From contig MU058226.1 in NCBI GenBank assembly GCA_013265495.1, positions 210,741 through 274,740 on the forward strand: a stretch of 64,000 nucleotides of DNA. Direction: 5' to 3'. Made by a program: the position numbers and the translations under genes. Positions within the stretch are counted from its first letter, which is position 1; each line of letters opens with the position of its first letter. Positions 45,464 to 61,699 of this stretch are shown piece after piece. The notes under the pieces are model-generated. The model ran no database searches, was not told the DNA's origin, and was given only the letters and a program-made list of their open reading frames with translations. Source of the DNA: Vicugna vicugna (lineage: Eukaryota).

Positions 45464-47856
45464 ATGGGGGGAAAACAGGACCAGGACGAGAACTACGGTA
45501 AGGCTGCAGGCAAGGCTGGGGTGGGGAGCCCATGACGGAGGCGACCCTGTGAGGGAGGGTAGGCCGTTCGGCGTATGGAGGCTGGGACGGACCACAGGGA
45601 GAGGAGCTGAGAGGAGTCGTGGTCCCTGAGGGGAGGGCGCAGGAAACAAGCTGATGGAAGGAGGTAGAGTCAGGGTCCTGGGAGGAGGATGGGGTTCAGG
45701 GGCTGAGGGCCATTTCTGGGGAGAATTTGGGAAGTAAAGCTGGGGTATCCATGAGGAGTCGGGGCTGGAGTCCTTGGGAGGAGTGGGTGGTGTTAGGCCT
45801 GGGCCCTGGGAAGCAGTCTGAACAGGAGGCAGAGTCAGGGAGAGTGGGGAAGGGGCTCGGGCTGGGAGTGTCACGTGCTGCGGAGCCTGGGACTGGGACG
45901 GGTGAGCTGGGATCCCTGAGAGGAGGAATTTCCGCCTGGACACTGAATCTCTGAGGGGAAAAGGTGCTGGGGTTCTGCCCGCTGGAGTCTGTGAGGAGTG
46001 GCAGGGGAGTGGGTTCTGCTCGGGGTCCCGATGAAGAGTCAGGGCTGCGGATCTTGATGGAAAGGTGACTGGTGACCTGCACCCAGGGTCTCCGTTAGGA
46101 GGGAGGCTATCTGAGAGTACACTGAGGAACAGGGGCAGCGGCCCTCTGGGGTTCCTGTGAAGGGCAAGGCCTGAGGAGAGGGGCAGGGAGCTTGTCTCCA
46201 GAATCTCTGTGAGGAACAGGAAGCTGAGAGTCTGTCCTGGGAGTCCCAAGGGCTAGGGGTGGGGGGCAAGGTGGGGGAGTCTGAAGGGAGAGGGGCCAGC
46301 CTCTGGGATCCCTGTGAGCAGTAAGGTCTGGGGCCCGCCTGCAGAGGTCCCCTGGGGTTTGAGGGATCTGAACTCCTGGTCTGGAAAGGAGGGAACCGAA
46401 GGGAGGGGCCTCCCAGAGGCGAAGCTTGGTCAGAAGGGAGTGAGGGGAGGGAGGAGGGAGGACTCCCAGGAGACTTCCTGGAGTGGTTTTGGGTCAATCA
46501 TTGACATCATGTCCAAGAATCATGGAGGAACAGAGTCCAGAGCACCTAGAAGAATGGACCGCACCCCTTCCCACACTCCTGCCCAGCCCTCTGTACTCCC
46601 TCCTCGGTGCCCACATGGGACCCTGGCTGCCTGGCCCCACCTCCTCCCTGTGTGTACTCAGGGAGGACCAGGAACAGGACGTGGCCACAATCTCAACAGC
46701 CGGGCTCAAGTGTCACTCTGACTGGTCTCCCAGGGACTGGCGGTAGCCTGGAGACTAAGGTCCCTTTGGGGCGGGGGGGTCTACAGGGGCCCCCTCCCTC
46801 CCCAGGCCCTGCAGGAGTTGATGCCTTTTGCTCCAGCTTCTTTCCCCACAGCCTGGGGCCAAAGGGTAGAGAGATGGGCTGAGGTAGATGTAGGGCGGGG
46901 CTGTGACCTCCCTGAGGGGCTCCAGATCTGTGCCCACCTTGGCCTGGGAAGGAGTATGGGGAGGGGAGAGGGACAAGGATGGGGGTGTGAGAGCAACTAA
47001 GACGGCTGAACACAGAGTCCCACATCCCAGCTGGAGGGAGACTCTGGAGAAAGGAGCCAGGGTTGGGGAAGTTGATGAAGGCAGTTTCCTGGCCCCTGGC
47101 CGAGGGCCTTGAGGTGTGAGCAGTAAATGACTGGAAAAGACTGCACTCTCCCCTCCCTCCAAGGCCGCCTAGTTGGAGTTCACTGTGGGTGAGCAGTGAA
47201 GCTGCTGACCAAGCCTTGATCCTACCTTTCCTGTTCTGTAATGTCCCTCCTGCCAGCCCTGCCCCTGTCCATCTCCCACCAAACTCCTAGGGCTGGGTAG
47301 GACCTGGTGCCGGGTAGAGCCTGCTGTGGGGAAGGATTTGGAGGGACTGGAAATGGGGGGAGAGACTCCTCTCATTGCCTCACTCTGCACACTCCTCCCC
47401 ATGCCTTTCAGGAAAACCAGCCAAATATGACCCCTCCTTTCGAGGTCCCATCAAGAACAGGTGAGTTCTGGGCACTGCGCTGGTTGGGGCAGCAGCATCT
47501 GGGGAGAGGGGCAGTGTCTCGTTTTTGCTTCATATTTACTGAAATATTGGTAAGAATCTACTTGTGAGGGAAAAGAAAATCTTTCCCCAGGACAGTGGTG
47601 GCCTTGAGGAGACTGTCATGTGTGGAGGGGACAAAATGGGGCTTCCGGGGTGTTGGTGATGTTCTATTTCTTGACCTGGGAGCTAGCTACACAGGCCTGT
47701 GCCCTTTGGGAAAGAAAATTCATCCAGTTGAGCATTTATGAATGGTACACTTTCTGGTGTTAAACTTCAGAAGACAGTTTACTTATCCAAAAAAAAAGGG
47801 TTTTCTTTAAAAAAGAAAGAAAGGAAAGAAAGAAAGAAAAGAAAGAAAAGAAAGGA

Positions 47857-47916
<60 letters not shown>

Positions 47917-50900
47917 AAAGAAAGAAACCTACCTATGCTTACTTTCCAGCGTCCCCCAACTCCCCAAACCGTGACACCTCCAGACCACGCCCCCTCCCAG
48001 CATCCCCTCTCCAAAGGTTTCCCCCATTTCTCTCCCAGGAGCTGCACAGATATCATCTGCTTTGTCCTCTTCTTTGTCTTCATTCTGGGTTACATCGCGG
48101 TGGGACTTGTGGGTGAGTTTCTGGCTATGCAGACCTGAGGCGGTGGGCTGGGGGACTTCATTGTCCCAGGGAGGGACTACACCCATGGCTGTTCCTTCCT
48201 AAATACCTGCCCCCTCCTGTGATTCATCTCTGTGTCTCTGTCTCCAGCCTGGGTGTATGGAGACCCCCAGCAAGTCCTCTACCCCAGGAACTCTACTGGG
48301 GCATACTGTGGGGTTGGGCAAAACAACTGAGTATGAAGGCAGGAAGCGGGGTGGGGGGGGGGCTGGAGGGAGGTGAGGGGGGGGATGGGCAGGGGACCAC
48401 CCACCTCTACTCGGGCTCCAGACCCTTCCCCTGTTGTTTCCATGCCCTACTCAGCCTCCCTGAATCTCACCACTCCAGGCCACATTGAATAGCCTCCACT
48501 GCTGGTTAGTGGCTTCTGAGTCCCCCCAGGTTGGGAGATAGTGTAGCATCAATGATGAAGGCATGGGTTTTGGACTGGCATTTGAATCCCCAACTGGGCT
48601 AAGTAAGTTCTGGTTTGTGACCTTGGGAAAGGTACTTAACCTCTCTGAACTTTGATTTCCTCGTCTAAAACACAGGGATGATTCCAGAAGTAATGCTGTC
48701 GCTCCTAGCATGCAGAAAATGTTCGATAAATAATAAAACCTCTACCACTTAGATGGCATTTACTGTGTTTCAGGCAGGCAATGTACTTTGCACACAGACT
48801 CATTTAAACCCTATGAGATGTAGGTACTAATATTTTACATATGATGGAACTGTGGTAGTGAGCGGTTTAGTGACTTGCTCAAGGTCATAAAGCTGGGTGA
48901 TGATTTAGCTCCAGAGTTCAAGCTCTTAACCATTTATTAGCAGTGGTGATGCTGAATTACTCTGGAAATCTTTCTGGTGTCTCCCATACCTCCTCCCTGG
49001 CTGGGCTGAGCATCCTGAGGCCAGGAAGTGGGTGGTGTGTGTCTAGGCCACACTGGGCCCATTGCATGCTTGAGATGCAGCCCTGGCAGTCCCTCTCCTT
49101 CCCCAAGGCCTGCCCAAGACCTGGTGTATACGCTTCCCTCTCTCTTGCAGAGATAAACCATATCTCCTGTACTTCAACATATTCAGCTGCGTCCTAACCA
49201 CCAACATCATCGCGGTCGCCAAGAATGGTCTGGAATGCCCCACACCCCAGGTCAGAGCCTGGGTCCTGCTTCTGCCCCCAGATCTCCCCCAGGGTCTGGA
49301 TACCAGCCCCTTAGCATGCTCTCTGCCCCCAGGTGTGTGTGTCCTCCTGTCCAGTGGTCCCATGGACCGTGGAGCCGGAGCAGCTCTCGCAGACGGTTGA
49401 GAAGGTCTTCTATGCTGCAAATAGGAGCTTTTGTCTGCCAGGGGTGTCTGGGGATATGGTGAGTGCTGCCCCCAAAATCATTGCTGTTGCCAAGGGGGGT
49501 CCACAATGAGAGGGGTGGAAGCGGGAATTGGGTAGATAATCATGGTGGTGGAGGGGGACTCATTCCTTCATCCTGCTGTGTCTGTGTGTCTGTCTCTCCT
49601 CTTCCCACCCCCCAGGAAGTGCTTGAAAGCCTGCAACTAGAGCTCTGCCCCAGTTTCCTCCTCCCTTCCACTCCAGGTGAGAAGTTGAATACCTTCCTTA
49701 AACATCAGCCAGTCTTGTATTTTCATTCCTCAAACGAGGAAAGCAGGCTCAGAGAAATCAAGTCACACAGCTTGTCTGTGACAAAATTGGAATGAGCACA
49801 AGGTCTTCATTTTTTCTCTGCTGCATGACCCTGTAATCAGATCATCAGTGCTGATCACGCACCTGCTGTGTGCCGGGCACTGGGGACAGGTGAAGGGAAG
49901 ATGAAAACTGCTCCCCGTCTGAACTGCATTCTAGGTGGTACGATCAGAGAGGTTCATGAAGAGATCGCATGAGATTGCCGTGAGAACCTACACTTGCCTT
50001 TGTGCATCAGCATAGGGAACAGACTGGAAGGATGTTCACCCAAATATGTTAAAGAGAGTATGGCCAGGCGGTGGGATCACAGTTGACTTTTTTATTTTCC
50101 CTCTATGCTCTTCTGTGCAATAGTAAATGTTATTTTTAATAGAAAAAAATTAACAATAGCATGAGAAAAGATATCCAGTTCTCAATACACATGCCATAGG
50201 AAGTGTCTCCAATGAGGTCAGATAGGCTCCAAAGGTCAGATAGATCTGGATTTCAGTTCAGCACTTTCCAGCTGTGTGGTCTCGGGGAAATGACAGCCTC
50301 TTTGAACCTTGTCTCCTCATCTTTAGAATGTAAATGCCAAAGCGAGCCTACCTGGTAAAGTTGCCTTGAGGGTGGTGATAAATGGCCCTGTAGGCATGTG
50401 ATAGGTGCCACAGGAGATAGGGGTGGGGTGAGAGGGCTTCCTGGAGGAGGTGAGGTGGAGATGGAACTGAACAGGGCATCACAGATGGGATTTCTGGAGG
50501 AGAGAGAGCAAAGGTACAGAGGGGAGGGGAAAGTGGCTGGGCTAGGACAACAGGGTCTTAAAGCCTGGCTTTAAGATGTGGGCACTCTCCAGGGCAGGGC
50601 GTCTGGAGGTGTCTGAGCTGCAGTGATTTAGAGCCCTGGAATTCTGAGGTCCAGGCCAGACCAGGTCATGGTCTCCCGGGCACTCTGGCAGAGGCTGGAT
50701 TGAAGGTTGGCAGGGTTGAGGGTGGAGGTGCTTTAAGAGGTAGGCCAGAGGGGAGGAGGGCAGGCAGTGGCAGAGAGGGGAGGAAGGAACATTAAGAGAC
50801 AGTGAAGGAAACACGGACTGGGTTCCTGGGACAGGAGCTCCCTTTTGGCTGCAGAATCAAGAGCAGCACTCCCAGGGCGCGGGGATATAACTCAGAGGTG

Positions 50901-53900
50901 GAGTATGTGCTTAGCATGCGCAAGGTCCTGGGTTCAATCCCCATTAAAAAAAGAAAAAAGAGCAGCCCTCTGAAGAGGGCACAACCCTTCTCAACTCTCA
51001 ACTCGGCTAGAGTGGGGGCCAGAGACTTTCAAGGTAAAGCTCTGGGCCCTCCCGTCCAGTCACCTGGTTCTCTCCCTCCAGCTCTAGGGCGTTGTTTCCC
51101 ATGGTCCAATAGCACTGTGCCCGAGCTCACAGGGATCTCCAACACATCCATCTCCCAGGGCATCAGGTGGGCACCCCCCTGCCCCCACCTCCCTGTCCCG
51201 CACCCCATCCCACCCACAGCCCCATCTGACTTTGTCTCCCCAACAGTGGTCTTCTTGATGGCCTCAATGGCCGTGACATCAGTGTCAAGATCTTTGAAGA
51301 CTTTGCCCAATCCTGGTATTGGATTCTTGTGTGAGTCACCAGATACCCCTGTTCTCTCCTTCCCTTCCCTGAAACACAGGCTTTGGATCAGGCAGGAGGA
51401 GCTGGAGCTCAGAATGGATCCCAAGCTTGACAGGATTTATAAGGGGCGGTGGGGTGGAGGGGGTCTGATCTGGGGACACTGGGGACCTCTGAAAGGGGAA
51501 AGGTTTGGGGGATGTGGGGTGACCCTCACCTGCCTCACCCTGCCCGCAGTGCCCTAGGCGTGGCTCTGGTCCTGAGCCTGCTGTTTATCCTGCTTCTGCG
51601 CCTGGTGGCCGGGCCCCTGGTGTTTGTGCTGATCGTAGGGGTGCTGGGCGTGCTGGCCTATGGTATATACCACTGCTGGAAAGAATACAGCGTGCTGCGG
51701 GACCAGGGTGCCTCCATCTCCCAGCTGGGCATCACCACCAACCTCAGCGCCTACGGCAAAGTTCAGGAGACCTGGCTGGCAGCCTGTGAGTGTCCTGCCC
51801 ACCGATGAACCACCTGCCACTCAAGGGTGGCCCTGGGCCATGCCTGGCCCTGGTCCTGACCCAGGCCCCTCTGCCCCGTCTACCCTAGTGATCGTGCTGG
51901 CCGTGCTGGAAGGCATTCTGCTGCTGATGCTCATCTTCCTGCGGCAGCGGATTCGTATCGCCATCTCCCTCCTGGAGGAGGCTAGCAAGTCAGGGCCTGT
52001 CTGGAAAGAAGGGGCAGAGGGCAGGGATGTGGGCCCAGGATGGGAATGCTGACTTTGTGGCAGGGAGCACTGGAGGAGAAGGGCAGCACAGCATGGTGGT
52101 TAACACTGCTGTGACTTAGCTTTTCTGTGCCTCAGTTTGCCCATCTGTAAAATGGGTGTAACAGCAGTTCCTACCCCTAGGGCTGCTGTCATAAGGATTA
52201 AATTAGTGTCTCGTCAAGTGTCTAGAACATGAAACAGGCCCTTACTCTCCCTGAAGCTGCCTTGGCAGCTTCTTGTGACTCTAGTTTCCTCTATAGTTCC
52301 CTTGAGCCTGATTTATTCAATTCAGTTTGTTCAGAGAACACCTACGGTGTGCTCAGCCTGGGGGGATGGATCAGGCCCTGGAGAGGACAGAGGTGTGGCC
52401 ATACCAGGGTTGCCCAGTGAGAGGATGGGTGGGGATTCGGGGGCTAGCTCCTTTGGTGGACCGCTGTCATCTCCCTGCAGGGCTGTAGGACAGATGATGT
52501 CTACCATGTTCTACCCGCTGGTCACCTTTGTCCTCCTGCTCATCTGCATTGCCTACTGGGCCATGACTGCTCTGTATCCTTTGCCCACATGGCCGGGCCC
52601 TCCTGGAGTCCTTGGGAGTAGGGGACAGGGCAGTACCTTTTTGTGCAGTGCCTCAGTACCATTGGAGGGAGGCATCCCTTCCTCCAGGCAGCCCTGCGTA
52701 GAAAGAAAATTTCAGCCACTGTGCAGTAAAGAGCCTGCACAGGAAGGGGTTGCTGAGGAGGGGACCTTGGAGACCCCCATATGACCATGCTTTCCTTGAC
52801 TCCTCTCTGGGTACCTGGCCACATCGGGACAACCTCAGTATGTGTTCTGGGCACCCAACGCCACCTTGCCGGGCTGTGAGAAAGCGCTGATGAATACATC
52901 ATGTGATCCCTTGGTGAGGATTTGGGGTGGATGTGGAGGGGCACCAGTAGGGCTAAGGGGACCTCAGAGGCCAACTGCTCCAAGTCCCTCATTGTGCCAG
53001 GGAGACTGAGGACCAGAGAGGGCAAGGGGCTAAGTAACTGTCACACAGCAGGCCCCTAGCAGAACCAGAGAGGGAAGCAGTCCCCAGAATCCAGATCTCC
53101 CGCTGAGCTACCCATTGTGCTGGAAGAGGAGGCAGGCTGTGCCTGAAAGCAGGGCCAGGCCCCCGGGCAGATGGGTACCAGAAGTTCTCCATCCCTCCCC
53201 AGGACATTCCTCTGCCTAGAGGACAATTAACCACTTCACCCTCTCAGTCTCAGTCCACCCACCTGTAAAATGAAGATAAATCTTAATATCTGTGCCTCAG
53301 CGGGGCTGAGAAGATTAAAGAACATTGTGCACATGAAAGTGCTTAGTACAATGCCTGGCATCTGATGAGAGCCGATAACTCTAGATGGGTTTTATTTCGG
53401 GCTTTTTTGGGCAGTCTTCCTCCCTCAGAACACTGTGTCCTAGGCAATAGGCAGGTGGGGCTCCCTGGGGGGCCTGGGAAAGTAGCTGCTTCCCCAAACT
53501 CTCCCCTGTGAGGTTCCCAGAGATCGGGGCCAGACTTCTAGGTATTTAACGGTCAAAGCTTTCATACTGCCACTGCATCAGAGCTGGGATCAAGGGCTGT
53601 GCCCACAGGCATTAGCCCCACTGAAGAAAGAGGGGGAAGTCCTTTACATCTAAGGAGGACTCTCTATGTGCTGGGAGCTGGGTATACAAAGCCCCAAATG
53701 TGTTCGCTTTCGACTTACTTAGATTCCATGTAGCAGTGGGGACTGACTGAAACCCACAATTACCTACACAGTAGAAACTGGTTTACTTTCTTATAAAATT
53801 TCAAACGAACATTGGGTTTCAGCAATTATCAAGATTTTTGTCACATCATTTGCAAATCCTTTCTCCCGTTCAGTAGCTTGTCTTTTCGATGGTGATGTTT

Positions 53901-56845
53901 TCCCTGGCTGGGTACAAGCTTTTAAGTTTAATTAGGTCCCATTTGTTTATTTTGGCTTTTATTTCCTTTGCTTTAGGAGCCAGGTTGTGGTTTTCACTTT
54001 TTATGAGGGAAATTTTCAGATGCACACAAACGTAGAGAATCCCTGTACCCAGATTTCATAACCTTCAGCTCTCTGTTCTTGCTTCATGTAACTCCCTACC
54101 CATCCACCCACTGCCCAGCCTGCAATTTTTTTTTCTGGAGTTTCTAATGGCAAATTCTGGACATTGTGCCATTTCTCCTATCAATATATCAGGATGGATC
54201 TCAACATATTTAAAAAGCATAACCACTACACCATTATCACACCCAACAAAATGAACAATTCCTTAGTATCACCTGATACCCAGTCTGTTCCATTTTGCTG
54301 GAGTGTTTTGGTTGAAGTTGCAGAGGCTGCTCTGGGAGGGGATTGCTGCCTGAGTGGGAGGGAGAGCTCCTGATCACACTGCCTTCATACGGTTAAGGCT
54401 CAGCCCACATGCCCTGGGAGCTCTGGTGCCCATCCGCAGGCTGGAGACTGAAGGAAACTAATTATACTCACACAGTAGGCAAGCTGAACCCTGTTTGAAC
54501 CTGGAGATGGATCTCCTGGAAGGAATGAGCTTCTCCAGCTCTGGAAAGGCTGTTACTTCCCTCTGCTCTGGGAGAGGCAGGAGCTGGCTGGAAACGAGCC
54601 TCCTCTGCCCATCTCCCCAGGCCCAGACCCCGAACACCTCGTGCCCAGGGCTGATGTGCGTCTTCCAGGGCTACTTGTCCAAAGGCCTGGTACAACGTTC
54701 TCTCTTCAACTTGCAAATCTATGGGGTCCTGGGGCTCTTCTGGACCATCAACTGGGTATTGGCCTTCGGCCAGTGTGTCCTGGCTGGGGCCTTTGCCTCC
54801 TTCTACTGGGCCTTCCACAAGCCTCGGGACATCCCTACCTTTCCCCTGAGTGCTGCCTTCATCCGCACACTCCGGTAAGCCTGGGGCAGGGGCTGGCTAT
54901 TGTGGCCCTGGGAGTCCCAGGGGTCCTGAGGCTGCCTCTAACTCCCTAAGTCCTGTGCAGTTACCACACCGGGTCACTAGCCTTCGGAGCCCTCATCCTG
55001 ACCCTGGTGCAGATAGCCCGAGTCATCCTGGAGTACATTGACCACAAACTGAGAGGTGAGCTGAGACTGGGGGCTGGGCAGGGCTAAGCTAGGCAGCTGG
55101 ATCCTTGGGGAGGGGCTGTCAGGGGCCAGTGACCAAACATGAGCCCTCCTTACCCCCAGGAGCCCAGAACCCCATGGCCCGCTGTATCTTGTGCTGCTTC
55201 AAGTGCTGCCTCTGGTGTTTGGAAAAGTTTATCAAGTTCCTGAACCGCAATGCATACATCATGGTGAGCCCCACTCCCTGAGCAACGCCTTGCTCTGGGG
55301 GTCCTTGACCCAGGCTTCCCACCCTGGCCCAGGTTAACTCACCACAGGTTAACTCTGAACTTCCCACCTCACCCAGATTGCCATCTATGGGAAGAATTTC
55401 TGTGTCTCAGCCAAAAACGCCTTCATGCTGCTCATGCGGAACATTATCAGGTCAGGCTATCACTGCCCACCCGCCACCACCACCTCCGTGATCTCCCACT
55501 CAAGGCCAGCTTCATGGGCATGCTATGCTCAGAAGGTGCATTGAGCTGGGTTTAATCTCTGCTGCCTTCATCTTGAAATGTGAACAATTTTCATTTTGCA
55601 TCTGTCATGGCAACTTATATAGCCAGTTCTGTTCCCAGCCCTGCGAAGCCTCTCACCCCCAACCTACCCAAACTCCTTGTACAGGGTGGTCGTCTTGGAC
55701 AAAGTCACAGACCTGCTGCTGTTCTTTGGGAAGCTACTCGTGGTTGGAGGTGTAGGTAATGACCAGGGCAGGGAGTTACGCGGACAGAGGACAGGGATGC
55801 TGGGCAGCTTAACAGATGACCTCAGAGGAGTGACACTGACCTCTCTCCCACAGGGGTCCTGTCCTTCTTTTTTTTCACTGGTCGCATCCAGGGACTGGGT
55901 AAAGACTTTGAGAATCCCCACCTCAACTATTACTGGCTGCCTATCATGGTGAGTGACACCCCTCAGCCACTCTGCCTCACCCTCCAACTCTCCAGAGGAA
56001 CCCTAACCGGCTTTGTGTCTTCCAGACCTCCATCATGGGGGCCTATGTCATCGCCAGCGGCTTCTTCAGCGTTTTTGGCATGTGTGTGGATACTCTCTTC
56101 CTCTGTTTCTGTGAGTGATATCCCTCCTCCACCTCTCCCCAACTTAAAGGTACCAGATTGTTTAGGCTTTTTTTGGAGATTTGGTGCTTCTAGAAACAGC
56201 TACTTTGTGAGTTACAGGAGCCAGAGCCAGAGGGAGCCTCTTCTTACATCCTCAGGCCAGGTTTTTGGGAGGAAAGAAGGGAGGGAGCTCCCAGGCGCCT
56301 GGGTTCTCCCTAGAAGGAGCATTGCAGGGAAGAGGCCCCCCCACCCCGTATCTTCCCCTCCCCTTGAAAATCTAGGGAAGCCACAGGAGTCTTCCCAGCA
56401 GGTGGCTGTAGTGAGTGCGGATTTTCCTACCCTACTGTATGCATTCATTCAGGGTTTCGTATGTAGCACGCTCTGTGCTAAGCAATCGACATGTATTTTT
56501 ACCGTTAATCACTGTATGAAATATAGTACTATTGACCCCACATTTCAGATGAGGAAACTGATATTACATAACCCACCCAGTAGGTTACAAAAAATGCTAG
56601 AAAAAAACAGCCGGTGGTGGCACAGCCTGGAAACCATGCAGCTGTCTCTTAGTCCCTGATTTTCCCGGGGAGTGGGTTTGGCCCCCCAAATGTCCGCTCT
56701 AACGGGTCTATGTCACGGCTCAGTGGAAGACCTGGAGCGGAACGATGGCTCCATGGACCGCCCCTACTACATGTCCAAGAGCCTTCTGAAGATTCTGGGC
56801 AAGAAGAACGCGGCGCCCCAGGGAGACAAGAAGAGGAAGAAATGA
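45464..56845 (+). CDS. SLC44A4: Choline transporter-like protein 4 / thiamine pyrophosphate transporter, 21 exons, 707 aa predicted; two non-canonical splice sites
   Basis: Exons: 45464-45497, 47412-47460, 48039-48112, 48248-48326, 49151-49250, 49333-49458, 49616-49676, 51082-51166, 51247-51330, 51550-51785, 51889-51988, 52481-52573, 52811-52913, 54621-54874, 54961-55055, 55160-55263, 55377-55450, 55685-55755, 55854-55948, 56026-56110, 56724-56845. Sum 2124 nt with no internal stops. Motifs [73 protein letters not shown]. Exon 4 donor is CT; intron 12 is U12-type GT-GG. Confidence 0.96.
47811..47926 (+). repeat. (GAAA)n microsatellite following an L1-like fragment
   Basis: Long aaga/aaag run in SLC44A4 intron 2. 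Confidence 0.95.
50875..50957 (+). mobile_element. tRNA-derived SINE (vic-1-like)
   Basis: ggggatataactcagaggtggag...ggttcaatcccca plus poly-A, flanked by aagagcagc direct repeats. Confidence 0.8.
52574..52810 (+). other. U12-type (minor spliceosome) intron of SLC44A4
   Basis: 5' site GTATCCTTT at 52574; branch site TTTCCTTGAC at 52791-52800; 3' end ...CTCTGG at 52810. Confidence 0.9.
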
Positions 56846-56938
56846 AAGACGCAGCCTGATCCGGGACTGCACCCCGCCTATTCAGCTTCCCAGCCCCACC
56901 TCACCTTCCAGATCTCGATTATGTAGTAAAAAGATTTT

Positions 56939-56944
56939 ATTAAA
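56939..56944 (+). terminator. SLC44A4 polyA signal ATTAAA
   Basis: ATTAAA about 95 nt after the stop codon, followed by a T-rich tract. Confidence 0.6.
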
Positions 56945-57029
56945 AGATTGATATTTTCCTTTCTCAAAAACTTTCTTTTATTTCCTCCAGGACTACATGC
57001 TGCCTTTTCCCCTACCCTGGCTCTTTAAA

Positions 57030-57290
57030 ATAGGCCCCGCCCCTATGACGCGCCCCAGGTGTCGCAACCAATCAAAGGGCGCCTCCGGAGTCATGCCGCC
57101 CCCTTCACCCCAGCCAATAGGCTTCCCGTCTGGATCATGCGCTCTGGGGCTTCAAAGAGGGCCAATTGAAAGAGGTAGCGCTGAGGAGTTGAAGGTCACG
57201 TGGGGAGGACTGAGTGTGCCAATTAAAGACGCGGAAGCGCGGCTGGGCCGGGGGCAGGTTTGGGATGACATCTGAGCATTTAAAGGGCTG
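57030..57290 (+). promoter_or_regulatory. NEU1 promoter: GC box, four CCAAT boxes and a CLEAR-type E-box
   Basis: CCCCGCCC near 57035; CCAAT at 57068, 57114, 57162, 57219; GTCACGTG at 57195-57202 (TFEB/TFE3-type, consistent with a lysosomal gene). Confidence 0.8.
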
Positions 57291-57359
57291 AAGTCAGTTG
57301 ACCGACTCCAGCCCGCGTCTAGTCCTGGGGGCCAGGGTCGCGGCCGCAGCGGGGTGGAG

Positions 57360-60524
<3,165 letters not shown>

Positions 60525-60828
60525 GCTGCACACCTGCCATGGGGGTAGGAGGCCCTGGACTGAGCCTCAGGACCATGGGTCTGTACAGGGTCTGCTGGAC
60601 GACCCTAGAAGACCATTCCACCTTCCCTTAGATTCTAGTCTTTTGGGAAATCAGCTTCTCTTTGACAGGGAAATCTCTAGGACTAAAATCCTGGCTCCTC
60701 CCCACAGGAAGAGTGCCCACACCTGGGAGCACTTCCCTTCCACATTGCTGGGTCTGCCCCAGGCCCTCTCTGCCCTCCCAGGACAACAATTGGTCCTTTT
60801 CTTGGGCAGGGCTTGGTGGGCTTGTAGC

Positions 60829-60834
60829 ATTAAA
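60829..60834 (+). terminator. Candidate NEU1 polyA signal ATTAAA
   Basis: ATTAAA about 305 nt after the stop codon. Confidence 0.5.
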
Positions 60835-61699
60835 TAACTGTCAACTCAGGGAATCTGGAAAGGCTTACCTCTTTGGGGTGAGATCTTCACTTTGAAGAGG
60901 GTTGGTGAAAGTCCCAGAAGGGCAGGAAGTTTGGTTGCAGGGTAAGGAATGAGGTGCACCACTCACTTTGACTATTTATGAATCAAACTGTTTATACTTA
61001 ATGAATGTTTTAAATGAAGGAGAATGAATATTTACAGTCTCTGTGGTTCTGTCAATGCACGTCTTCACATCTGTTTTCCTTGTGTACACGTGCAAGACTG
61101 GGAGTGAATTTGGGGAGGAAGCTGGTGTGCTTACTGCCTGTGAAAAATCTGACTTCGGCAAATCAAATCTTTTCCCTTTCACATTCTTTCATATCACAGA
61201 AAAATGGATTGCTCTTCAGAGGTGTAATGAGGAGTAGGAGGGGGAGCCCCATAAGGTATTTAAAAACTGGCTGTTTTGTATGTCTAAGGCAGGATGGGGT
61301 ACTGTCCTCCATGAAGCAGGGAGCAGGTGTGTAAAGTGCAGATGGAAGCCTCTCCCAGGCCGGCCTGGCGGAGAAATAAGCACTGTGGCAATTATGGGAA
61401 AAAACAGCATCTTCATCCTAAACACAGATGCTGTGAAAAGAGCCTAGACGGCTTGCAGCTGAGTGGGAACCACAGCTTTCTTCCATACGGAAAGGAAATG
61501 CAGTGCCTGGACAAGATGGTAGGAATGGTCCAGACATTCTTTATGTCTTCATCATAAAGGGATAAAGGCCACATTCATTTGCAGAGATTTGTGTTACTTT
61601 CAACTGCTTCTCTAAGAAATGTTAGGATAATATCCTATCTGATGGAAGAGATGGAATAATCCCCTTGCCTGTGAAGACATGGTGTAATTTTGTTGTGTT

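Noticed and set aside
45359..46249. 296-aa Pro/Ser-rich minus-strand ORF in SLC44A4 intron 1
   Set aside because: Composition artefact of a G-rich intron, non-ATG start, no domain.
55330..55355. 11-bp direct repeat CAGGTTAACTC in SLC44A4 intron 16
   Set aside because: Likely a local slippage duplication; the normal acceptor at 55376 is intact.
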